A stretch of 64,000 bases of DNA from a virus. The notes below the pieces were generated by a model, which saw only the letters and a program-made list of their open reading frames with translations, searched no databases and had not been told where the DNA came from. The position numbers and the translations under genes are program-made. Location: positions 51,895 through 115,894 of the IMG/VR virus record IMGVR_UViG_3300042892_004016; one strand, written 5' to 3'. Positions 8,660 through 17,524 of this stretch are shown piece after piece; within the stretch, counting starts at the first letter, position 1; each line of letters starts with the position of its first letter.

Positions 8660-9457
8660 ATGGATAACAAAAAATTTGAACAACTGATCGACTTGATCAT
8701 CAATGAAAATGAAGACCAAGCTCGTGCTCTATTTCACGATATCGTCGTTGAAAAGTCAAGAGAAATTTATGAATCAATGATGTATGCTGATGAAGGCATG
8801 AATCCAGAAGGCGGTCAAATTGGTGACCTACTGGACGAAATTGACGTAGAACAAACCCAAGGCGTTACCGAAGAAGATGACGAATTTGATGACATCGAAA
8901 TGGCCGGCGACGAAGACATGGGCGACGACATGGGCGACGAAGACATGGGCGACGAAGAAGAAGAATTAGAAGACCGCGTTGTTGATTTAGAAGACAAGCT
9001 GGACCAGTTAATGGCTGAGTTTGAAGAACTAATGGGCAGCGACGAAGAAGACATGGGCAGCGACGAAGACATGGGCGACGACATGGGCGATGAAGACATG
9101 GGCGACGAAGAAATGATGGAAGCATCTGACGACGAAGACCAATTGGCTGAGTCAGTTCAACTGCAAAAAGTAGCCACTGCTAAAATGGGCGATGACGGTG
9201 CAAACTCCAAGAGTGTAGCATTGAGCAAGCCAAAGCTAGTACAGACTGGTGCTAAATCAGTTAACTTTAGTCAAGGTGACGAAAAGGGCCGCACAGCTCC
9301 AACAACACAAACAGTTAAAGGCGACTTTAAAAATGCAGTAGGCATCAAAGGTGCAAAAACAGAAACAGCACCAAAGCCGCACACAGCACAAGCAACTGGT
9401 GTCAACACCAAGAGTCCAATGGCTGAGTCAAAAAAGTCAACAAAAGTAAGTAAGTAA
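8660..9457 (+). CDS. Acidic prohead core/scaffold-like protein (position of T4 gp67/gp68)
   Basis: 265 aa with a very acidic centre (DEDMG/DDMG repeats) and a Lys-rich C-terminus. Lies between portal and protease. Confidence 0.7.
   Translation: MDNKKFEQLIDLIINENEDQARALFHDIVVEKSREIYESMMYADEGMNPEGGQIGDLLDEIDVEQTQGVTEEDDEFDDIEMAGDEDMGDDMGDEDMGDEEEELEDRVVDLEDKLDQLMAEFEELMGSDEEDMGSDEDMGDDMGDEDMGDEEMMEASDDEDQLAESVQLQKVATAKMGDDGANSKSVALSKPKLVQTGAKSVNFSQGDEKGRTAPTTQTVKGDFKNAVGIKGAKTETAPKPHTAQATGVNTKSPMAESKKSTKVSK
8905..9112 (+). repeat. In-frame 12/15-bp tandem repeats (GACGAAGACATGGGC / GACGACATGGGC)
   Basis: Two clusters (~8905-8960 and ~9035-9112) encoding DEDMG/DDMG. Confidence 0.85.
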
Positions 9458-9473
9458 GAAAGTCCGAGACCAA

Positions 9474-10124
9474 ATGGCTTTGTATCTCAAAGAACACTTA
9501 ACATTCGACCGCGCTAACATGGTGGTCGAAAGCGTTAAGGAATCTGACGGCGAACTAAAGACCCTTTACATGAAGGGTATTTTCATTCAGGGCGGGGTTA
9601 AAAACGCAAATGAGCGCGTTTACCCTGTTTCTGAAATTGAAAGCGCAGTTGGAACGTTAAACGAACAAATCAAAGATGGTTACAGCGTGTTGGGTGAAGT
9701 TGATCATCCAGACGATCTTAAAATCAATTTAGACCGCGTATCACACATGATTACAAATATGTGGATGGACGGTCCTAATGGTTTTGGAAAACTAAAAATT
9801 TTACCAACTCCCATGGGTCATTTAGTACAGACCATGCTGGAGAGTGGTGTCAAACTAGGCGTAAGCAGCAGAGGTAGCGGAAACGTTAACGATGGTGATG
9901 GCCGTGTCAGTGACTTTGAAATAGTCACTGTGGATATTGTCGCACAACCTAGCGCACCTAACGCATATCCCAAAGCAATCTATGAAGGCATGATGAACTT
10001 GAAGCATGGACATAGACTGTTGGACATTGCAAAAGATGCAAGTAGCGATAAAAAAGTACAGAGGTTCTTAAAAGACGAAGTAATTCGCCTTATTAATGAT
10101 CTCAAGATTAAAGGGAAAAAATAA
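9474..10124 (+). CDS. gp21: Prohead core protease (T4 gp21-like)
   Basis: GIFIQG..KNANERVYP, LGEVDHP, GVSSRGSG and DIVAQPSAPNAY motifs. Confidence 0.96.
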   Translation: MALYLKEHLTFDRANMVVESVKESDGELKTLYMKGIFIQGGVKNANERVYPVSEIESAVGTLNEQIKDGYSVLGEVDHPDDLKINLDRVSHMITNMWMDGPNGFGKLKILPTPMGHLVQTMLESGVKLGVSSRGSGNVNDGDGRVSDFEIVTVDIVAQPSAPNAYPKAIYEGMMNLKHGHRLLDIAKDASSDKKVQRFLKDEVIRLINDLKIKGKK

Positions 10125-11227
10125 TGACTTTAGAAATCATTAAACCATTACTTGAGAGTGGAATCATCAACGAAGAAACCAGCGTCGCCATAAACGAAGC
10201 TTGGGAATCCAAGTTAAATGAAGCTCGTGAGCAAGTACGTGCAGAACTCAGAGAAGAATTTGCACAGCGTTATGAACATGACAAAGATGTAATGGTGGAA
10301 GCCCTAGACAAGATGGTCACTGCAAGTCTATCAACTGAAATTGAAGAATTTCAATCAGAAAGACAAGCGATGAATGAAGACCGTGTTAAAGCCCAACTAA
10401 AATTGCGCGAAAGTGCCAGCAAGTTCAATGAATTCATGGTAACAAAATTATCAGAAGAAATCAGAGAACTACGTGGTGATCGCAAAATGCAAAATGAAGG
10501 TCAACAAAAGCTTGAGCAATTTATTGTTCATGCTCTTGCCCGTGAAATTAAAGAATTTGCGGAAGACAAGCAAGCAGTAGTTGAAGCTAAGGTCAAATTA
10601 GTAGCAGAAGGTCGTAAGCAATTGGTAGCACTGAAACAGAAGTTTGTTACAGAAAGCGCCAAGCGTATGAATGATGTTGTTACTAGTCATCTTAAAGGGG
10701 AAATGAGTCAATTGAAAGAAGATATCAAAACTGCTCGTGAGAACAGCTTTGGTAGAAAAATCTTCGAAGCGTATGCAACCGAATTTAGCGTTACTCACTT
10801 AAATGAGAAAGCTGAAACTCGTACATTGCTGTCACAGTTAGAAGAAAAAGATCGTCAATTGGCAGAATCCATCAACTCAATCAATGAAACAAAACAATTG
10901 GTTGAGAGCAAAGAACGTGAAGTTCGTGTTATTAAAGAATCCAATCTACGTGAAAAGACCATGAGCGAACTGCTCGGAACTCTTAATCAAGAGAAAGGCA
11001 CTTTAATGCGCAACTTACTAGAAAGCGTCCAGACCCCGCGTCTTCAGACTGCTTTCGACAAGTATCTCCCAGCAGTTCTTAACAACGCCCCAGATAAAGC
11101 TGTTAGCACTAAGGTTTTAAATGAAAGCGTAAAAGAAGTAACCGGGAACAAAGCTGCAATCAAACAAAAAGTTGATGCTGACCAACGTGATAACGTTATC
11201 GATATCAAACGTTTGGCAGGGCTTTAA
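10124..11227 (+). CDS. gp22: Prohead core scaffold protein (T4 gp22-like)
   Basis: 367 aa Glu/Lys-rich coiled coil between protease and major capsid gene. GRKIFEAY motif; TAATG overlap with gp21. Confidence 0.85.
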   Translation: MTLEIIKPLLESGIINEETSVAINEAWESKLNEAREQVRAELREEFAQRYEHDKDVMVEALDKMVTASLSTEIEEFQSERQAMNEDRVKAQLKLRESASKFNEFMVTKLSEEIRELRGDRKMQNEGQQKLEQFIVHALAREIKEFAEDKQAVVEAKVKLVAEGRKQLVALKQKFVTESAKRMNDVVTSHLKGEMSQLKEDIKTARENSFGRKIFEAYATEFSVTHLNEKAETRTLLSQLEEKDRQLAESINSINETKQLVESKEREVRVIKESNLREKTMSELLGTLNQEKGTLMRNLLESVQTPRLQTAFDKYLPAVLNNAPDKAVSTKVLNESVKEVTGNKAAIKQKVDADQRDNVIDIKRLAGL

Positions 11228-11258
11228 TTAATAGACATACGAATTAGGAGAAATATTT

Positions 11259-12455
11259 ATGTCACAAGTACTCTTAGAAGGCCGTTGGGACGAAACCAAA
11301 GAAGCTCTGTTAGAAGGCTTAAAAGGTAATCGTCGTTCAACAATGGGTGTTATTTTAGAAAATACCCGTAAAAATTTATTACGTGAATCAAGTGCTGGCA
11401 CAACTACTGCTGGTAACATCGCAACACTTAACCGTGTTATTCTGCCTGTTATCCGTCGTGTAATGCCAACAGTTATCGCTAACGAACTAGTCGGCGTTCA
11501 GCCAATGACTGGTCCAGTTGGACAGATCCACACACTACGTGTACGTTACGCACAAAGCATGACTGACAGTTCAGCAGCAGCTACTTCTATCACCGCTGGT
11601 GAAGAAGCACTGAGCCCATTCAAGATTGCACAAGCATATTCACGTACACCACAAGGCGCATCATCCGCAACCGGTTATACTGGTAACGATACTGCTGCTC
11701 TTGAAGGCAATGGCGGTAAACAGATCAGCGTACAAATCCTACGTCAAGCTGTTGAAGCTAAGTCACGCAAGCTACAAGCTCGCTGGACATTTGAAGCTGC
11801 ACAAGACGCTCAATCACAACACGGTATTGACGTTGAAGCAGAAATCATGGCCGCACTAGCACAAGAAATTACTGCTGAAATCGACCAAGAGATCCTCTTG
11901 AGCCTACGTACATTAGCTACAACTGAAGAAACCTTCAACCAAGCTACTGTTAGTGGTACAGCTACATACGTTGGTGACGAGCACGCTGCTTTAGCTGTTC
12001 TGATCAATCGTGTTGCTAACAAAATCGCTCAACGCACTCGTCGTGGCGCAGGTAACTGGGCAGTTGTTAGCTCAGCAGCATTGACTGTTCTTCAGTCAGC
12101 AACAACATCAGCTTTTGCACGTACCACAGAAGGTACATTTGAAGCACCTACAAACACCAAGTTTGTTGGTACATTGAATGGTGCAATGCGCGTGTTCGTT
12201 GACTCATATGCTCCTGACACTACACCTGTATTGGTTGGTTACAAAGGTTCAAGTGAGACAGACGCAGCAGCATTCTATTGCCCATACATTCCATTGATGA
12301 GCAGTGGTGTTGTTCTGGATCCATCAACCTTCGAACCAGTCGTTAGCTTCATGACTCGCTATGGTTATATCGAGTTAACTAACACTGCCAGTTCGTTTGG
12401 TAATGCAGCCGATTACGTTGGTGAAATCGGAATCAGCAATCTTACATTCCAATAA
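11259..12455 (+). CDS. gp23: Major capsid protein (T4 gp23-like)
   Basis: RRVMPTVIANELVGVQPMTGPVGQI, AKSRKLQARWTFEAAQD, EITAEIDQE, FYCPYIPL and MTRYG motifs. Strong AGGAG SD. Confidence 0.98.
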   Translation: MSQVLLEGRWDETKEALLEGLKGNRRSTMGVILENTRKNLLRESSAGTTTAGNIATLNRVILPVIRRVMPTVIANELVGVQPMTGPVGQIHTLRVRYAQSMTDSSAAATSITAGEEALSPFKIAQAYSRTPQGASSATGYTGNDTAALEGNGGKQISVQILRQAVEAKSRKLQARWTFEAAQDAQSQHGIDVEAEIMAALAQEITAEIDQEILLSLRTLATTEETFNQATVSGTATYVGDEHAALAVLINRVANKIAQRTRRGAGNWAVVSSAALTVLQSATTSAFARTTEGTFEAPTNTKFVGTLNGAMRVFVDSYAPDTTPVLVGYKGSSETDAAAFYCPYIPLMSSGVVLDPSTFEPVVSFMTRYGYIELTNTASSFGNAADYVGEIGISNLTFQ

Positions 12456-12485
12456 TCTTATTGGTTGTACTATTGATGAAACAAG

Positions 12486-12513
12486 AAAAAGAGCACTTCG
12501 GTGCTCTTTTTTT
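12486..12513 (+). terminator. Rho-independent terminator after the major capsid gene
   Basis: AAAAAGAGCAC-TTCG-GTGCTCTTTTTTT: cUUCGg tetraloop plus U-tract. Confidence 0.92.
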
Positions 12514-12560
12514 GGGCTAAATTTATTTTCGTAATGCAGCAGAATATGATAAATAACTGT

Positions 12561-13367
12561 ATGAAACATTTTATATACAAAACTACCCATATTAATGGCA
12601 AGTACTACATTGGGAGACATAGTACAGTCAACATAGATGACGGTTATATTGGCTCAGGTAAATGGCCTAAATCAATTAAGGACAAATCCGAATTGACCCG
12701 TGAAATTTTAGAATATGCGCCTGATGAAGCTACACTAAAATTAAAGGAAGCACTGTATTTGGCTGAGCATTACGGTAAACCACAGTGCATGAATCTTACG
12801 CTTGATCCAATTGGATTTGACAGTGTAACTAACCCTATGAAAAATCCTGAAATTACTGCCAAAATTAGTGGAGAGAACCATTGGTCTAATGTTGATCCAG
12901 AAAAATTCAAAGAGGCGTTTGCAGGCGACAATCATTGGCTGAATAAAAATCCCACTCGTAGAGAAGAATTCATAAAGAACCATCCAAACAAAGATGGTAG
13001 AAACGCAAAGTTAGCGTATGCCAGAGGAACGCACAACAGCATAGCAAACAATCCCAGTACAGTAAATGCGGCCAACGGAACACACCATTGGCAGAATGGA
13101 AAAAGCCCCAACTACCAGGGCAAGCTAAACAAAAAACTGGTCAAAGAAGGCGTCCATAATTTTTTGGGACCTGAACTCAATCAAAAACGAATTGATGAGG
13201 GTACGCATAATTTTGTTGGATCAGCAGCAAACTTAAAGATGTTAGCAGAGGGCAAGCATCCATCGCAGAAGAAACAAACATGTGAGCACTGTAGCAAAAC
13301 AACCAGTGCAGGCATGTACACCAGATGGCACGGTGCCAAATGTAAGAACAACCAGGAATCCCAATGA
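12561..13367 (+). CDS. Free-standing GIY-YIG (Seg-like) homing endonuclease
   Basis: FIYKTT..NGKYYIGRH..DDGYIGSG N-terminus, GxH(N/H/P) repeats and a C-terminal CxxC..H..C knuckle. Start moved from 12501 (inside the terminator) to ATG 12561, just after TAAATA. Confidence 0.85.
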   Translation: MKHFIYKTTHINGKYYIGRHSTVNIDDGYIGSGKWPKSIKDKSELTREILEYAPDEATLKLKEALYLAEHYGKPQCMNLTLDPIGFDSVTNPMKNPEITAKISGENHWSNVDPEKFKEAFAGDNHWLNKNPTRREEFIKNHPNKDGRNAKLAYARGTHNSIANNPSTVNAANGTHHWQNGKSPNYQGKLNKKLVKEGVHNFLGPELNQKRIDEGTHNFVGSAANLKMLAEGKHPSQKKQTCEHCSKTTSAGMYTRWHGAKCKNNQESQ

Positions 13368-13672
13368 AAGAACTAAAACAAAACGAAGTGGTAGAAGTAT
13401 TACCAGATGGAACTGTGTATTATTTTGATTTGGATGTGTGTAATAATGCAGCAGAGCAAGCAATGGAAAAGCTACTTGAACTGGAGGGTGTAGAACCCAA
13501 TTTTGATTTTACTGCCAGTGTATTTCATTTGTTCGTGGAAGCAATTTACATTTTGACTAATTCGGGCTGGTCTACCGAAGAATTGTTAACTGAAGTATTG
13601 ACTCACAGTGATGCCAACGATAACATTACACTTGAGTTTGACGATCAGGAAGAAGACGATGAGGACGACTAA
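13364..13672 (+). CDS. Hypothetical acidic protein
   Basis: 102 aa ORF with ATGA overlap with the endonuclease gene. Confidence 0.7.
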   Translation: MKELKQNEVVEVLPDGTVYYFDLDVCNNAAEQAMEKLLELEGVEPNFDFTASVFHLFVEAIYILTNSGWSTEELLTEVLTHSDANDNITLEFDDQEEDDEDD

Positions 13673-13674
13673 TC

Positions 13675-14256
13675 ATGAAGATAAATGAAATTGAGTTGAT
13701 TGGTTCACAAAACTTCCCAGTTGAAGCAGTTGAACTGTGGCTGGATAAGTCTAGTCCAAAGGGTATGCTAGAAAATTTTGTAGTCAATTATGTTGAATAT
13801 CAAGATCAACGCGGAGTTATTTTAACTGACGCTGATAATAAGATTGCAGCGTATGCTGGATTCGCTAGTAGGCTCAATGGAAAAGTATGGCAAGCACAAA
13901 ATGCAGTGACATACGCACCCTATCAAGGCCAAGCTCTAGTTGGCAAAATTTATAAAATGGTTAAAGAAGAATTTAAAGTATCCATACAAAGTGATACCCA
14001 ACAAACTGCTAGTGGTATGAAATTGTGGACTAAGACTTTGCCCAGTCTGGGCATGAAGCCAATGATATTTGACACAGAAACAGATAGAATAATCAATCCT
14101 GCCCAAACTAAGATTAATATGTATCCAAAGGGCAACCTAGAAAAGCAGTGGCGCTATACTTGGATTCTGGAACGATTTGACTACTACCCGGAACAAAACT
14201 TATTAGCTGAGGGTTCTCTACTGATGCCGTATGTGGGCATATGGTATAAAGACTAG
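13675..14256 (+). CDS. Hypothetical protein, possible GNAT-like fold
   Basis: 193 aa. YQGQALVGKIY resembles acetyl-CoA-binding motif A, followed by IQSDTQQTASGMKLW. Begins MKINEI. Confidence 0.5.
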   Translation: MKINEIELIGSQNFPVEAVELWLDKSSPKGMLENFVVNYVEYQDQRGVILTDADNKIAAYAGFASRLNGKVWQAQNAVTYAPYQGQALVGKIYKMVKEEFKVSIQSDTQQTASGMKLWTKTLPSLGMKPMIFDTETDRIINPAQTKINMYPKGNLEKQWRYTWILERFDYYPEQNLLAEGSLLMPYVGIWYKD

Positions 14257-14283
14257 ATTTGTATTATATAGAATAAATACGAT

Positions 14284-14526
14284 ATGGAAAACATTAACGA
14301 TCTTAAAAGAATGTCAGGCATAGTAAATGAATCAAAGTATGGTCAAAAGTTTGATCAGTTTCATGGCCCATTTAAGAATGACGGGAAGAAAGTCCGAGAT
14401 AAAAATTCAAAAGAACTCTGTGAATGTGAAGATACACAAACTGCAAAAGAATTAGCAGCGGTGCTTACAGACATTAAACAATTGCGTGAACTTTGTACAA
14501 AAATCAGTTCACTGCCTAATCGTTAA
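14284..14526 (+). CDS. Small hypothetical protein
   Basis: 80 aa with TAAATA 4 nt upstream. N-terminal INDLKRMSGI resembles the gp22 C-terminus. Confidence 0.7.
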   Translation: MENINDLKRMSGIVNESKYGQKFDQFHGPFKNDGKKVRDKNSKELCECEDTQTAKELAAVLTDIKQLRELCTKISSLPNR

Positions 14527-14555
14527 AAATTCTCAACGGGATGGGAAGACAAACC

Positions 14556-14586
14556 AGCGCACTGTTCGCATAAAGTGCGCTTTTTT
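14556..14586 (+). terminator. Rho-independent terminator
   Basis: AGCGCACT-10 nt-AGTGCGCT followed by a T-run. Confidence 0.8.
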
Positions 14587-14654
14587 GTTGGCGCTCAACT
14601 GCTGTTTGTCCAATAATGATAAATAAGTGATAAGAATAACGATTAGGAACATAC

Positions 14655-15314
14655 ATGGCAGCAGACCCATTCAATTCGGCAGGTGGATACACTTACAACA
14701 TACCTCCCGTACCGTTTTTAGACAGTACTGGCAATTTAACTGTGGCTAATGCCACAGTTTCAGGTAATATTATCGCCGGCGATACCATAACTGCAACTAC
14801 GTTTGTGGGAAACTTGGCGGGTGGATTTTCAATTGACGGCCCCAATACTGGTATCTTATTCAACAACGCAGGCTCTGCTGATCCAATTGGCACAGTAACT
14901 TACAGTGCCAGCACTGACACAGTTACAGTAGCAGGCAACTTGATTGCCAATACGTTTACTATAGGCGCAAACAACAACGAATTCAGCACCAGTCAAGTGG
15001 TATTTGCTACCACGAACAGCAGCGGCGTTAATCAGCAGTTACATTCAGTATTGGCCAGTACGATTTGCAGTATAGAGTACATGGTAATTGCCACAGATGC
15101 AATCAGTAATACCAGACAGACCAGCAAACTGATTGCCAGCGTATTGGGCAGTGATGTTGGATACTATGAATTTGGTACCATTGATATGAACGGTGGAGTG
15201 GGTGACTTTAAAGTAAATCATGACAATGGTAACATAACATTTACCGTGACCCCTATAACTGCCAATCCAACACAATATAAAATAATGATAACTTCTTATA
15301 AAGAAGGACTATAA
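14655..15314 (+). CDS. Virion structural/fibre protein (first gene of the array)
   Basis: N-terminal PFNSAGG motif. C-terminal ~100-aa beta module (SIEYMV..QTSKL..YYEFGTI) related to those of ORFs 15318 and 22384. Confidence 0.7.
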   Translation: MAADPFNSAGGYTYNIPPVPFLDSTGNLTVANATVSGNIIAGDTITATTFVGNLAGGFSIDGPNTGILFNNAGSADPIGTVTYSASTDTVTVAGNLIANTFTIGANNNEFSTSQVVFATTNSSGVNQQLHSVLASTICSIEYMVIATDAISNTRQTSKLIASVLGSDVGYYEFGTIDMNGGVGDFKVNHDNGNITFTVTPITANPTQYKIMITSYKEGL

Positions 15315-15317
15315 CAC

Positions 15318-17498
15318 ATGTCAATAAAGGCTCTAAATTCGGTAGCAGGATTCTCAGTAGGAGAAAATCCAAACATTGTTATTCTGGCCAATGGCGACAT
15401 TGTAACCAACAACGCCAATTTAACAGGTAACATTTCAACCTATGCAGTACTGAGTGACAACTACCTGTACAGCAATGGTGCTCCCTATGACTTTAGCAAT
15501 GCTGCAGGTAACGCAACTGAACTGCAATTCAACACTGCCAATGATTTAGATGCCAGCAACAAACTGACATTTAACAAAACCAGTGGCTTGCTATCAGTAG
15601 ATGGCAACATCTCTGCCAGATATTTTATTGGTAACATAACTGGTAATATATCAGGAAACTTAACAGTACCTGGTGTAAACCAATCTATAATTTATAACAA
15701 ACTGGGCAATGCTGGTGGCAGCTCACAGTTTACATTTGATGAAGACACTGGGCTGGTTACGGTTGATGGCAATATCTCCGCATACGATATCACCGCCAGC
15801 AATTCAGTCAGCGCAGTTACACTAGCTGGTTCATTAGTCACTGCACTGCAACCCAATATTACCAGTGTTGGCTTACTATCTAATTTAGCAGTAACTGGCA
15901 ACATTGCTGTTGGAAATGCAGTATTGGGCAATCTAGCTAGCGCCAGTTACTTCAGTGGTGATGGATACTTGTTAGCCAATGTTACTGGCGCCAACATCAC
16001 CGGTGTTGTAGCTAATGCCACAACCAGCGTAAATGCAACCACAGTAACAGGTGCAACTCAAACTGCAATTACTCAAGTGGGTCAACTTACCACATTGAGT
16101 GTACTTGGCGATGTAACTACTCAAGCCAACATAACAGCCGCCGGCAACGTTCAGGCATTTGACTTGACCACCAGTAACAGTATTACTACTCTGGGTCTGG
16201 CTTCATCAGACACACTGACCGTAGTTGGATTAGCCAACGTGGGGCAGCTCACCGCTAACACAGTAATTGGCAATCTGATACCAAATGTTGACAACACGTA
16301 CAGTTTGGGTAACTCTACTCAAGCTTGGAACAAACTGTATGTGGGCAGTGCAGGCATCCAATTGGGCGATAGCTTAATCACTGATGTAAGTGGCGTACTC
16401 ACCACTGGCAACGCCAACATAGTAAGTGCTCTGACTGCTAACAACATAACAGCAACCGGCAATATTACTGCACAGCGTGATGTGTATATTACTGGTAACC
16501 TTACAGTAAGCGGCAGCACAGAATATATTGATGTAACCAACTTAAGCGTAGCTGACCCAATTATATCATTGGGTGGCGCTGCCGAGGGCATGGGCGCACA
16601 GGCATATGATGGTCTAGATCGCGGGTTATTATTACACAATTACAAGCCTGATGGTTCGGCTGCACAAGATCAATTCTTTGGTTGGAAAACTGCTGATAAC
16701 GAATTTATCGCTGTCAGCAATGTAGCCGCGACTGCCGGTGAAACTATTATTGTAAATGAGTATGCTAACATCAGAGCCAATACTTTTATTGGTAATATTG
16801 CAGGACAAGTAACTACTGCCAGTCAAACTCAAATAACTCAGTTGGGCATACAGACAACATTAGAAATTGCTGGACTAACCACTGCCAATTCAATCACTGC
16901 CAATCTGTTGACAGTGCATGGTGTAACGTATCCTGTAGCAGACGGATTAACTGGACAAGTACTGACCACTGATGGCAGCGGCAGCTTGTATTTTGACACC
17001 CCAGTAACATCAGAATTACACAATGGCACCAGTAATGTAAAAGTTGATCTGAATAGTAATGTCACAGTAAGTGTAGCAGGTGTTGCCAATGTGTTAACTG
17101 TGACATCAGCTGGTGCTGATGTAGCGGGCGCATTTACTGCAGGCACAGTTAGCGCTGCAACCAGTGTACAACTGGGCATCACCAATATTGGTTGGGCAAC
17201 TGCCACTACCAATACTATCAGCCCCAATCAATTGATAGCTCAAATACCCACTGCCTCTGTTAGGGGCGTAGAGTTTTTCATCAAGGGCGAAGATGTGGCG
17301 GGTGCTAAATATAGTGTAGAGACCATAACAGTAGTGCATAATAACAGCACAGTGGATTATTCCAAATATGGAGCAGTAACAGTGGGTGGACTAACAGGGG
17401 TATTGAGTGTAACTTATGCAGATGATAGCATAAATCTGTTGGTATCACCTGGTAGTAGTAATGCAACTGTGTGGACAATGCAGTACAAAACGATTTAA
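15318..17498 (+). CDS. Fibre protein
   Basis: 726 aa with QPNITSVG repeats, a DPII..DRG knob module and a C-terminal beta module. Confidence 0.75.
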   Translation: MSIKALNSVAGFSVGENPNIVILANGDIVTNNANLTGNISTYAVLSDNYLYSNGAPYDFSNAAGNATELQFNTANDLDASNKLTFNKTSGLLSVDGNISARYFIGNITGNISGNLTVPGVNQSIIYNKLGNAGGSSQFTFDEDTGLVTVDGNISAYDITASNSVSAVTLAGSLVTALQPNITSVGLLSNLAVTGNIAVGNAVLGNLASASYFSGDGYLLANVTGANITGVVANATTSVNATTVTGATQTAITQVGQLTTLSVLGDVTTQANITAAGNVQAFDLTTSNSITTLGLASSDTLTVVGLANVGQLTANTVIGNLIPNVDNTYSLGNSTQAWNKLYVGSAGIQLGDSLITDVSGVLTTGNANIVSALTANNITATGNITAQRDVYITGNLTVSGSTEYIDVTNLSVADPIISLGGAAEGMGAQAYDGLDRGLLLHNYKPDGSAAQDQFFGWKTADNEFIAVSNVAATAGETIIVNEYANIRANTFIGNIAGQVTTASQTQITQLGIQTTLEIAGLTTANSITANLLTVHGVTYPVADGLTGQVLTTDGSGSLYFDTPVTSELHNGTSNVKVDLNSNVTVSVAGVANVLTVTSAGADVAGAFTAGTVSAATSVQLGITNIGWATATTNTISPNQLIAQIPTASVRGVEFFIKGEDVAGAKYSVETITVVHNNSTVDYSKYGAVTVGGLTGVLSVTYADDSINLLVSPGSSNATVWTMQYKTI

Positions 17499-17524
17499 TC
17501 ACGGCCGGATAACGAGAACAATAT

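Noticed and set aside
12501-12560. ORF-track start of the endonuclease at 12501
   Set aside because: It begins inside the terminator hairpin. ATG 12561 follows a TAAATA promoter and starts right at the GIY-YIG motif.
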